Part shown: piece after piece, positions 9,470 to 20,574 of the stretch
How positions within the stretch are numbered: the stretch's first letter is position 1
Layout: the number at the start of each line of letters is the position of its first letter
Source of the DNA: Octopus bimaculoides
Lineage: Eukaryota
DNA: 44,380 nucleotides
Direction: 5' to 3'
Assembly (NCBI RefSeq): GCF_001194135.2
Contig: NC_068985.1
Coordinates: 8,247,475 to 8,291,854, forward strand
Position numbers and translations under genes: made by a program
Notes under the pieces: generated by a model
Told to the model about the DNA's origin: nothing
The model's database searches: none
What the model saw: only the letters and a program-made list of their open reading frames with translations

Positions 9470-12060
9470 ATAGATTTCGGCCAGTATAAGCCCAGGCTAA
9501 TTGTACCTTAATAGCGCCACCTGGTGAAGTCTTTTAGATCGTGGTTGACACCTCAATCATATATGGGACAACATGGCCCACTCTAGCAAAGAGTTATTAT
9601 TGTTGGAGACATACCCGGGTGTAGGAGGTTGGTCCGGGATTTTTTGGAGAAATTTGTCCAGAGAACATTTTGAATTTTATGGGATCTGTCTCCATTTTGA
9701 TGTATTTTGGTATAATATTAAAGAGAGCTGGACAGGTTGGGGTAAAGTAGTTGTGTTTTGAGTTCGATTTTTGTAGTGGGCCGTTAGCGCAGGGGCCAAG
9801 TCTTGGGTGGATTTTAAAATTGATGCCAACATCGTTTGTGCAATATTGATGGAATATTTTCCACATCACACAAATGATGTAGCGCTCACGGCGGCGTTGG
9901 GGGAAGTAGAGATTAAGTTTTTTAGTCGACCCCAGTGTTCAATGCCTCTCATGCCTTCTATCTTTCTTGTTATTGACCTTTGCTTGGTGTGGGGAGATCA
10001 CAGTGGGAAACAGTGTTCAAGGTGGGGTCGGGCATAAGTAGAGTAGAGAAGGATGATGTATGGGCATCTCTAGACCAGCGAGTTCTCAGAATTCAGGAGC
10101 ACAACTTGCGGGCCAAGTCAACCTTGCTTTTTTACGTGGGAGCCCCACCTTGATTGTTATCAACAATTACTTCGAGGTCTCAAGTGTTGTTGGATGACAC
10201 TAGGGAAGAGCATATGATAGTTTCAGAGTATCCTCTTTTCCAAAGCGGATCAAATTAAACTTATCTTCATTTAGAAGCATATTGTTCTTTTCCCCCCACT
10301 GGACAATAGCATCCAGATCCGACTGAAGGCATGTTCGGTCTCCCATACCGATTATGGCCTTCTGGAGCTTGGAATCATCTGCAAAGATTTTCAATGTACA
10401 GTGTTTCATGACATCTATTATGTCATTGATGTAGATAGTGAAGATGATTGGGCCCAACACAGTACCCTGTGGGACACCAATACTTACTTTGGCTGAGGTT
10501 GATCAGATTCCCTCAACAACAACATGCTGGGTTCTGTTTGTCAGGAAACAATTTATCCACAGCAGCAGCTTTCAACGGACTCCAATGCTGAACAGTTTCT
10601 TCGTCAGGATTTTGTGGTCCACTCAGTCAAAGGCCTTGCTGAAATCAAGGTGTATGACGTCAGTGTTAGAACCCTCTCCCGAAGCTTTCAAGATGTCATC
10701 AAAATGATGCAGAAACTGCACAAGGCAGTCCCTGCCATCACGGAGACCATGCCGGTTGGGGTTCAGCAGATTGTTGTCTTCGAGGAAGTGAGTTATTCGC
10801 AATCTCACCACCCTCTCAAATACTTTAATGATATGAGAGGTGAGGGAAATCGGACGGTACTTCGCTGCAAGAGATTTGTTTCCCTTTTTGAAATCAGGAA
10901 AGACAACCTGGAAAAGAAAATGATCAGGAATATAGTCTGCGTCAAGTGAGTTCCCCAGAATTCAATTATAGGGGGTGCAATTTTATGTGGACATATCTTC
11001 AGAACAGTGTCCGGGAACCTATCGGGACCTATTGCTGAGTTGTGCTTGATGTTATTTATTTCTGTTGGGATATCATCAGCACCAAAAGTTATGTCAGAGA
11101 TGGTTAGTTGAGGTTTTACGTCACTGATACTTGCCAGATCAACCGCATTAGCGTTACTGAAGACAGAGCAGTATTATCTCTGTAGTATCTCGCACATGGA
11201 TTTTGTATCATCATGTAGAGTGTTGTTCTCGTCAACCAGGGGACCAACAGTGGAAACAGGGACTTTATGTTTATTTTGCAAATGAAAAGAATACTTTGGG
11301 ATTGAGTTTTATTTTCTCAATACCCCAATTCTCCTCGGCTGGTCTTTGATTGTTAATGATGGTCATCATGCTTTTTTAGAGGTTGTGATCTTCAACTATA
11401 GCTTCAAATCGAATATAGCTTCAAAGCCTTGTCATAAAAATTTAATCGACTGAATATTCTGCCTAATTTATTCTCATAGGGTGGATCTAATTTTTCCCTT
11501 GGCTAATCCACCCTTAATCCTTAGCTACCTAAAGCGTTGTCTACTCCACTGTTACAAACAATCAGGTTACATCTCCATTGTAATGGTAACACATCATACG
11601 AAACCTATGTATTTTCTTTTGGTTGAGTTGGATGTTACTGATGTTGGTGGTAAGTTGTTGCGGATTTATCTGTGATTGTTGTGGACAGTGGCAGACTGGC
11701 CAGGTTGCCAACTTGCCCGATGGCAAGTGAGCCTCTCTGCGATTAGAATCCATATATGGGGTCCCATGCTAGTATCTAAGGGGCCCATCTCCTCGAGTTT
11801 GAGAATTTTTTATTCACTCCTGGAAGAATGCATGATTTCAGCCTGGCTGTGTTCGTAGACAGTTGGAAAGAATAGTTTGAACAAAAAAATTAAATGATAG
11901 CATTGTAGTTGCGGGTAGGCCCCCTTGTTGTTGCGGGTGGGCCCCCTTAGTCTTCTGGCAAACGATATTCGCCACTGGTTGTGGATGTGGTTTTGGTGAT
12001 TGTGCGATTCGTCAAGAGAGAATGAAGCTATTTAAAAAACAATTATTGCCTTATATTTTA
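9470..12060 (-). mobile_element. CR1/L2-group LINE, degenerate ORF2 (APE remnant, RT and C-terminal region)
   Basis: RT motifs VIHLDFSKAFD, GVPQGTVLGPIIFTIYIND and KIFADDSKL. C-terminal MMWKIF...PALFNIIPKYIK...FK segment is typical of CR1/L2. Many stops and frameshifts; the 5' boundary is uncertain. Confidence 0.85.
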
Positions 12061-12249
12061 TATTTGCTTAGATGCCACCTCCTTGCAAGTTAAAGTTCCC
12101 ACTCAAAAAGATTAAATACAGTTCTGGGTGGAGGTGTGAGTTAGTGAGAGACTGTGAGTGTGATTACATATAAAGGAGAGGGAAAGAGAGCGAAGAGAGT
12201 AGGAACTAGGTTGGAAATTTACCTAGGTGGTAGTTTTTAGCTCTGTTGC

Positions 12250-12600
12250 TCTCGCTGTCGTGGCTAGTTTTGATACCGCTGCTCCACAGCAACTGTTACA
12301 TTTGTTGATGTTGGTACTGTTACTGCTACTGTCGTTCTTGTCTTTTCGCAGCTTTTCGCAGATGCGGTTATTATTGCTGTGAGGGTTGCGGTGCTTTCCT
12401 GACGAAAAAAATCTCTTAAGTAATTTTCAGCAACACACAAGCAGCATGTTGACCTTCTACTGTCAAACTGCGACGCTACAAGTGTCTGGCATTTCCTCCG
12501 CTTCCTTCTGTTTGATCTGGACCGAGCAAGACCTTCGGTATGATGACAAAACAAACTGTACTCTTAGTGTGCATTCCGTCGAGAAACGAGTCGCTGCCCT
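12250..12600 (-). mobile_element. Possible LINE ORF1 remnant (degraded zinc knuckle and Thr-rich linker)
   Basis: GTAGAAGGT (VEG) followed across a frameshift by TCCLCVAENYLR, then a Thr/Val-rich linker. This layout resembles the clearer Tx1-type ORF1 at ~22190-22250. Confidence 0.35.
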
Positions 12601-13357
12601 TATGGACAACACAGGCTAAAATAGTACCAAATCGTTGTAGAAATCGTTTCGTATTAACGTGAGAGTTCCTTTTTCCTGAATAGGTTGGTTAGAGGCGTTC
12701 TGTGTCATGTATATGAATTATGGAGTGTCTCAGCGCGAGGACTTGACTTTTTGAAAAGAACAGTCGAGTTCGTAAAATCTTCACACAATTATTGTTGCTG
12801 TTGTTGCTGAAGTTCAATTATATTTCTTTCTTTTGCTGATGGCAGTGATGCTGCTATTGTTTTTATTCTTGTGGTCGTTATCTTCGTTACTATTCTGTTA
12901 TTGCTCCGATACCGTGTTTTGTCGCCATAGTAACGGCGTCATCACTTTAAGGCCTAGTAGTATTCGGAGCGCTAGTATTTTAGTATTTAATGTATGCTCC
13001 TTCTCGTGATTTTCTCACTTTCCTCTCTCATTCTCTAGCGTTCCTCCTTCGAATTTTATTATGAATTAACTTGAATCTTGATTGTGTCGGAAAAAAGTTT
13101 AGGTTTTGTGGTTTTGAAAAAAATTTGAAACGTGCTACACTCTACAATCTGGCTGGGGTTTTGTTAGATATGAAAAATTTACCAGAAGTATTTGATATGC
13201 TTCTCGTCACAATAATTACCAATAAAATAAGTAAACGAATACGTAAAAGGTGGAGAAAAACGGAATAATTTAGCAAGCGCCTACAAAGCGGGAACCCAGG
13301 GTGGGATCTTGTTGAGCAGTAGATACTAGGGCTGGGAGTTTATAGATAAATATTAGT

Positions 13358-13932
13358 GAAGGCGTGTGGCTAAGTGGTTAGGATATTCGACTCCCGATCG
13401 TAAGGCTGTGAGTTCGTTTCCCGGTGGTGCATCGTGTCCATAAGCAAGACATTTCATTTTACGTTGCTCCAGTCAGTTACGCTGGCAAAAATGAGTTGCA
13501 TCTAATTCAAAGGTCCAGTTTTGTCACATTCTCATTTCTTCATTGCCCACAAGGGGCTACATATAGAGGGGACAAACGAGGACAGACAAACGGATTAAGT
13601 CGATTATATAGACCCCAGTGCGTAACTGGTACTTATTTAATCGACCCCGAATGGATGAAAAGAAAAGTCGACCTGGGCGGAATTTGAACTCAGAACGTAA
13701 CGGCAGACAAAATACCGCTATGCATTTCGCCCGGCGTGCTAACGTTTCTGCCAGCTCGCCACCTTCAAGTTTTGTCACATTCTGTGTCACGTCGAATCTC
13801 TATGAGACTTACGTTTAGAGTAGATGTGGCCATTGAGTGCTCAGCCACTTTGCAAGCAACTTGCACGTTAATTTCACGAGTAGGTTGTTCCGTTGATCGG
13901 ATAAACTAGAGTTTCGTTACCGACGGAGTGCC
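13358..13932 (+). mobile_element. SINE family C split by a family B insertion (13358-13532 and 13768-13932)
   Basis: Joining the two halves reconstitutes the intact copy at 15611-15935. Confidence 0.9.
13533..13767 (-). mobile_element. SINE family B, complete, tail type 1, with 16-bp TSD
   Basis: AGTTTTGTCACATTCT occurs at 13517-13532 and 13768-13783. Confidence 0.95.
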
Positions 13933-13967
13933 AATCAGTTACATAATTATCAAGAAGCTGATGACGT

Positions 13968-14046
13968 AGTGTGTTCTATCAAGTTAGACCTAAGACTAAC
14001 AAGTTAGACCATGAAGTGTGTTCTATCAAGTTAGACCTAAGACTAA
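13968..14046. repeat. Local 32-bp direct duplication
   Basis: AGTGTGTTCTATCAAGTTAGACCTAAGACTAA at 13968-13999 and 14015-14046, with a partial CAAGTTAGACC copy between. Confidence 0.9.
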
Positions 14047-14873
14047 ACCATCTAAAAATAAAAGACGATGCCATCAATAGTCCAATGGGAGAGATTTGCA
14101 TCGTCACTTGATATGCTAGAAATAGCAGCTAAATCTCATCTCAAATTTGCTCCAACAGATTTGAGTAGAATTTAACCGCTTTTCTACTCACGACGAACAG
14201 TAGCTGCATTGCCAGCATCACTACAGTCATCATCATGAACAGCAACAAGAACAATAGCAACGAACCAAGAAGGAAGTTTGTGTGTAGTCGCACGGCTTGC
14301 CAGGAATAACTGACAAATCCCACTTAAATCACACGCTTCCGTCTTATTGGAAGGGCACATTTGGACGACAGACCTATTTACAATATGTCAAGATAAGGGG
14401 TAAATTCAGGACTATCGCGTTATCATTTGCTCTTATAAGGCTGACCATGGCCTAATCTACAACAACATCAACAACAAAAAACAACTAGCAGGGTGTGGAA
14501 CTGAAGTAATCCAATTAATCCGGAATCACAGTGTATCGTGATTATGTAAGCCAGATTAAATCGTAGATCAACTGAAAGAGATTGACCATGGGTTAAATAT
14601 TAAATATTAACTATTACAATTGGATAATTTGTCTGATTAAGGTTCATTATTGGTTTTTAAGAGTTGTTAATGTAAACGAATGTTTGAAAGAGAGTCAGTA
14701 TCCTTTGTAAAGAAAAAAATTACGTTAATTTTCTCTTAATGGCAATGAAGATATTCTAACTCATATATCGATTAGCAACAGGTGAGAAAAACTGCTCTCC
14801 ATGAAAGGTTCAATAGAAGCCTGTAACACTTTTCCATTGTAAATATATACATACGTGCACACATGGATATATG

Positions 14874-14921
<48 letters not shown>

Positions 14922-15113
14922 NNNNNNNNNNNNNNNNNNNNNNNNNNNNNNNNNNNNNNNNNNNNNNNNNNNNNNNNNNNNNNNNNNNNNNNNNNNNNNN
15001 NNNNNNNNNNNNNNNNNNNNNNNNNNNNNNNNNNNNNNNNNNNNNNNNNNNNNNNNNNNNNNNNNNNNNNNNNNNNNNNNNNNNNNNNNNNNNNNNNNNN
15101 NNNNNNNNNNNNN

Positions 15114-15147
<34 letters not shown>

Positions 15148-15610
15148 CATGTATATATACATATATATAATATGTATGTATGAATGTCATTATTCAGTTT
15201 AATTTCAAGATTTCTTGCCAATAGAGAAAGAGCCGGTTTCTAACCTAGATCTAAGACTGCTTCATTCAAATTTCAAAAACATCGATAGGGTATTTCTGTA
15301 TGCATGTAGTGTATATATGCAGATTTGCATGTTTTGTTTTATGTATGTATTTTCATGCATATAGCTACATATCTAGACATGCTCATATATACTTAAATGA
15401 TAGACTTCTGGAAAGTTTCACCGATTTATACAGTTCCAATGATAACTTCGATCTGTAGTCTTCGAATCAGCTTTCTCATTTCTGGTTTTTAGAAGCGTAA
15501 TTTTTCAAGAGCTGTATTTAGGCGGTATGTTACATAACCTAGGACCCCAATAATTACAGGTATAAACCTGAACTTGTAATCTGGAGTATGTATACATATA
15601 TATATGTATG

Positions 15611-15935
15611 GTGAAGGTGCGTGGCTTAGTGGTTAGGGCATTCGGCTCGCGATTGTAAGATTGTGAGTTCAGTTCCCGGCGACGCGTTGTGTCCTTGAGC
15701 AAGGCACTTTATTTCACGTTGCTCCAGTCCACTCAGCTGGCAAAAATGAGTTGTATCTGTATTTCAAAGGACCAGCCTTGTCATACTCTATGTCACGCTG
15801 AATCTCCCTGAGAACTACGTTAGGGGTACACGTGTCTGTGGAATGCTCAGTCACTTGCACGTTAATTTCACGAGCAAACTGTTCTGTTGATTGTGTCAGC
15901 TGGGACCCTCGTCGACGTAACCGACTGAGTGCTCC
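15611..15935 (+). mobile_element. SINE family C, complete
   Basis: Box A TGGCTTAGTGG, box B GAGTTCAGTTCC and CORE-like GTCCTTGAGCAAGGCACTT. Followed by (TATG)n. Confidence 0.9.
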
Positions 15936-16145
15936 TTTATGTATGTATGTATGTATGTATGTATGCATGGGATGTTGTTGTTCGCCGGTGGTTAAGATGA
16001 GCTTCTAATTCTTTATTGTTGGAACCATCTTGAACAAAAATATTTTTCTAAATCGTCATGCATTCTCGTGGATAGCTTCTTACTGATGTTTTTTGATATG
16101 CTGGATACTAGTCGGTAATGCCAAGAGCTCACCTGTTATCTCTGG

Positions 16146-16720
16146 ATTTGCAACAAAATATTAGTATTATTATTATTATTATTATTATGTTATTTTTTTT
16201 TCTGCCTTCTTCAAATTTTCTTCCATTTCTCGCCGAGTGTTTTCTGTACACATAGGGCAGAGAAAATCATTATATGCATTGTATGCATTCCCAGTTTGCA
16301 CATGCAAATTCACAGGTAAAATATGTATATATAAATAAATATATAAATAAATAAATAAATAAATAAATAAATTCATGAATGGATGTTGTTTTCACAGCGA
16401 TAATGCTCTTCTCAGTACATGAGTCGTTCCAGGTAACATGATTTTTTGCACTTCCTGTAGGGATGGTAAGCCTGGTATCATTTTCAAATAGGCTTCAGTA
16501 CCTTTTTTATCATACCTAGAGATCCCACAATCACTGGTATGGTAGTCGCCTTGAGGTGCCACATTTTTTCAATTTCTATTAGCAAGTCTTTATATTTACC
16601 GATCTTGTCAAATTCTTTCGCTGCTATATTATGATCGCAGGGAATACTTATGTCAATTAATAAACACATCTTCTTTGTCTGATCTTTTATAATAATATCC
16701 GGTTTATTAGCTTTTATAGC
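16146..16720 (-). mobile_element. R4/Dong-type RLE LINE, 3' end with (TAA)n tail
   Basis: IKANKPDIIIKDQTKKMCLLIDISIPCDHNIAAKEFDKIGKYKDLLIEIEKMWHLKATTIPVIVGSLG (PD..D restriction-like endonuclease), then ...TTHVLRRALSL*, a 3' UTR and (TAA)n. Confidence 0.88.
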
Positions 16721-16828
16721 TTTTATTTTAGTAGTTTACACTATTTTACGCTTGTTTATACTCTTATACATTCAAAGTTCATAAATTTCCTAATTTAAAT
16801 CATATTCCTTTCGATAATATCAATATGA

Positions 16829-17307
16829 TTACAAAAGTTCTTTGTAGATGATATTTTCTGTTTGGTAGACACTAATTTTCAAATTACTGGAGTCTGTTGT
16901 TCTACTCATAGCTACGTATAACTGGCTGTGTGTAAACATCGGAGTGGGTAAAAATACACCTACACAATCTAAAGTCTGGCCCTGTGCCTTGTTTGCTGTG
17001 AATGTGCGAGGGGAATCTTGAGGAATCAACCCATCTACGATGGGAAATAAAGGGATAGTCTCGTAAATCTAAGCCCACTAAATTCACGAACTGTACGGGG
17101 TGAGGTGGACATCCTGAGTTAATCCTCGTCGCCGGAATTTTAATAAAAACAATCAAAGGTGATTTATTAATACAAAACTCAATATCCATTAAATAATCAT
17201 ACTTTTTCACATTTTTTTATCGCTAAATATCGTGACCATTGGTTCAGCTGTTTGACCGTGAAGATGGAACGGACAGACTGACGGACATTACGCCCATTAT
17301 AGTAAGA
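16829..17307 (-). mobile_element. Helitron deletion derivative: putative 5' terminus plus C-terminus of the PIF1-type helicase
   Basis: TANKAQGQTLDCVGVFLPTPMFTHSQLYVAMSR...TENIIYKELL* corresponds to the RepHel C-terminal helicase motifs. The minus strand starts A|TCTTACTATAATGGGCGTAATGTCCGTCAGTCTGTCCG, a Helitron-like 5' TC end. No 3' hairpin or CTAG found. Confidence 0.75.
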
Positions 17308-17309
17308 TA

Positions 17310-17412
17310 ATTCCGCCGAGGTCGACTTTACCAGTCATCGTTTCGGGGTCGATAAAATAAGTACCAGCTGAACACTACCCTAAAATTGCTGCCTTGTGGA
17401 AAAATTTGAAGA

Positions 17413-17452
<40 letters not shown>
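17310..17452 (+). mobile_element. SINE family B fragment (core to (ATT)n tail)
   Basis: ATTCCGCCGAGGTCGACTTT...GGGGTCGATAAAATAAGTACCAG...AAAATTTGAA followed by (ATT)n. Confidence 0.8.
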
Positions 17453-17690
17453 GAAGACGTCGCACAATATTCAATATCGTGATGTTGTTGATTGAAGATA
17501 TTGTGTCTACGGGGTTTTGTACTGTCTGTCATATCACAAGGCCTTCAGACAGACAGCATTTTACGCAACATGCGTGCAGTTCTAAGTAAAGCCGACTTTT
17601 GCAATGCGCCTAGATTGTAGGGTATTTCTAACGTGTTCAAGATGTTTCTTGTGGAAGGGACGCATTCCAATGGTCAGTCTGTCAGTCTGT
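17453..17690 (-). mobile_element. R4/Dong-type LINE extreme 3' end (different subfamily)
   Basis: Minus-strand GCVPSTRNILNTLEIPYNLGALQKSALLRTARMLRKMLSV*, then a UTR and (TAA)n. Aligns with the C-termini at ~16400 and ~31700. Confidence 0.8.
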
Positions 17691-17699
17691 TTCCAGCAT

Positions 17700-18089
17700 T
17701 CTCTGGGTGGCAGATTAGGTATGGCATGGCTCCTAATGCGCAGACACACTTTTAGGTTACGCCGCCTGCAACAATTTCTGGACGGTGAGCGTGCGTGGTC
17801 ACCATTTGCAAGGCTCCACTTTTTGCAATTCGTTTCCATGACAAAACTGCAGTCCTGGTGAAGAAAAGACCGAGACTGAGCGCCTGGCACCTAGAATGTC
17901 GCCAGGCACTCACTGCCCTCTACCAGTGAGGCAATGCGATTGGTGGATGTTCCGGTTTAGACATTTATAAAGGATTAATGGTGGATAAATGCGATGAAGT
18001 TCTCAGAGACGCTCTGGGCGCCGACGAAAACGAGGTGACTTGGACAATAAGTGGTCTGCATTATGATTTACCAATGGCAGGCCCTATTC
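17700..18089 (+). mobile_element. Tx1/L1-type LINE ORF2 fragment (post-RT region)
   Basis: GRLGMAWLLMRRHTFRLRRL...WSPFAR...KKRPRLSAWHLECRQAL...CDEVLRDALG. The last part resembles DVLGETLG at ~44370. Confidence 0.65.
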
Positions 18090-18727
18090 NNNNNNNNNNN
18101 NNNNNNNNNNNNNNNNNNNNNNNNNNNNNNNNNNNNNNNNNNNNNNNNNNNNNNNNNNNNNNNNNNNNNNNNNNNNNNNNNNNNNNNNNNNNNNNNNNNN
18201 NNNNNNNNNNNNNNNNNNNNNNNNNNNNNNNNNNNNNNNNNNNNNNNNNNNNNNNNNNNNNNNNNNNNNNNNNNNNNNNNNNNNNNNNNNNNNNNNNNNN
18301 NNNNNNNNNNNNNNNNNNNNNNNNNNNNNNNNNNNNNNNNNNNNNNNNNNNNNNNNNNNNNNNNNNNNNNNNNNNNNNNNNNNNNNNNNNNNNNNNNNNN
18401 NNNNNNNNNNNNNNNNNNNNNNNNNNNNNNNNNNNNNNNNNNNNNNNNNNNNNNNNNNNNNNNNNNNNNNNNNNNNNNNNNNNNNNNNNNNNNNNNNNNN
18501 NNNNNNNNNNNNNNNNNNNNNNNNNNNNNNNNNNNNNNNNNNNNNNNNNNNNNNNNNNNNNNNNNNNNNNNNNNNNNNNNNNNNNNNNNNNNNNNNNNNN
18601 NNNNNNNNNNNNNNNNNNNNNNNNNNNNNNNNNNNNNNNNNNNNNNNNNNNNNNNNNNNNNNNNNNNNNNNNNNNNNNNNNNNNNNNNNNNNNNNNNNNN
18701 NNNNNNNNNNNNNNNNNNNNNNNNNNN

Positions 18728-18783
<56 letters not shown>

Positions 18784-18871
18784 TACACACACACACTCAC
18801 AAATCTGCCTGTCAATGTGTCTGACCGTCGACTGGCTATTCGCCCGTTTGTCTGCCTGTCTGTCCGTCTGA

Positions 18872-18903
<32 letters not shown>

Positions 18904-18948
18904 TTGTCCATCCATCCATCCGTCCGTCCATCCCGCCATCCATCCATC

Positions 18949-19018
<70 letters not shown>

Positions 19019-19380
19019 GTGTGCTTATATGTATTGGATGTATATACACATATAGAATATGTATGTATGTATGTATGTTTGTATGTATGCATGAACTAAT
19101 TATTGACAGTCAATATCATACTTGCATCACTTAGTAAGCTTAACTGAATTGTAGATTTCATGTAGGATAGTACGATGAAGTTTTAATTAATAATATAAGC
19201 AGGGAAAAATAGAGAAGAGCTGAAAGGAAAGCAATAGTGGAAATTTGTAATAAGCGATGGAAAATCCAGCAATGTGTGTGTGCGCGTGTGCGTGTGCGTG
19301 TGCGTGTGCGTGTGCGTGTGCGTGCGTGTGTGTGTATGTGTGTGTGTGTGCATACGTGTGTATGTGTGTTTTGCTTCAAT
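18728..19380. repeat. Compound microsatellite block: (CA)n, (CTAT)n, (CCAT)n, (TATG)n, (GCGTGT)n
   Basis: Directly visible tandem arrays. Confidence 0.95.
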
Positions 19381-20574
19381 TAATAAATCCTTGTTGAGAT
19401 TTCCATATGAAATCTTCAGCTCTGCTTACTATTTGATGCCGATGAGATATTGATCACTGCCGATTAGTTTAGTGTTTTGCGATATCAACTAAGCTGATAA
19501 TTAGCCTTTGTGAGCCGTTGCCTAGTTTCGGTTTCATGGATGTAAAGCAAACATAAGATAAATCTCCCGCTATATAGGACAGCACAGTGTAACAAAGTAA
19601 AATATTAAAATCCGAGAAACTTGTAATATAGCACCAGGCCATTATAGCAGTGGTCTAACACAGCACTAGTGTATCTCAGTCCCATCTAATACAGCTGTAG
19701 TTTGTCATGTCGCCAGTCTATAATAACACCAGACGGTGGAAAATACTGGTCTATCAAAGATAAATTTAAAATATGATATGAGTCTGCGAGAGAGACTCTT
19801 AGGTGATCGATCAGACTGGTAGAAACAGCAGCCAAAATTATCTCATTTCACAAAATCTCATCTAAAAATAAATAAATAAATAAATGAATAAATAAAAAGC
19901 TTAAAAGATGAATCCTTAAGACTGCACAGCAAAACTATTCTTTCTCACTTTTGGTAAAAACTAGGGGTGAGGGGAAAGTCGATTATATCGACCCCACTGC
20001 CACCTGGTGCTTTTTTTTCATTGAAAAATAAAGTCGACCTCAGAGGCATAATGTGCGATTATGTAGAAAGTTCTTTGAAAATATATCCCTCAGGACAGAG
20101 CTGGTACTAAGCAGCGGTAGCAGCAGCGACAACAATAACAACAATATTAACAACAACAACAACAACTGGTGTGATTAATTTCATAGATTATTTGCTTCCC
20201 ATTATCAACTGCTATGGAAACGAGGTTGTATTGAAAAATACATTGATCCTGTCTCCATTAGCAAGCAAGTTTGACTTAGTCCCAACAATCTACCCACTCC
20301 AAACTATTTTTGCCTCTATATTTGATCCTCATGTTCAGGAGTCAAATAAAAAGCCTCTCCGAAATCACTTGAACACCTAGAAATAGCAACTAAATTTCTC
20401 TCGAATTACATCACACCGCTTTAAGAGCAAAAAGAAATTGAGTAATATTGCTTAGATATATTGTGTTTGTATGAAAATGAGACAGGTTATCATGACAATG
20501 GCCATTTCAGTCAAGTTTCTGTTGGGGATTAAACAACGACAACGATACGTTTGCACGGTCGCGTTCTGGTTTAC

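Noticed and set aside
10069-10090. TCTAGAC-CAGCGAGTTCTC resembling a Charlie hAT end
   Set aside because: Reads through as continuous CR1/L2 coding remnant on the minus strand; no partner TIR.
13071-13268. 65-aa ORF with a nearby strong acceptor at 13038
   Set aside because: TTG start, no homology recognised, and frames from the acceptor give no convincing coding exon.
13968-14046. CRISPR-like 32-bp repeat pair
   Set aside because: Only two copies, a 15-bp spacer that is itself a partial repeat, eukaryotic context and no cas genes; a simple local duplication.
14500-14700. Cluster of TAAT/ATTA motifs as a possible developmental enhancer
   Set aside because: Expected by chance at this AT content; cannot be supported without conservation data.
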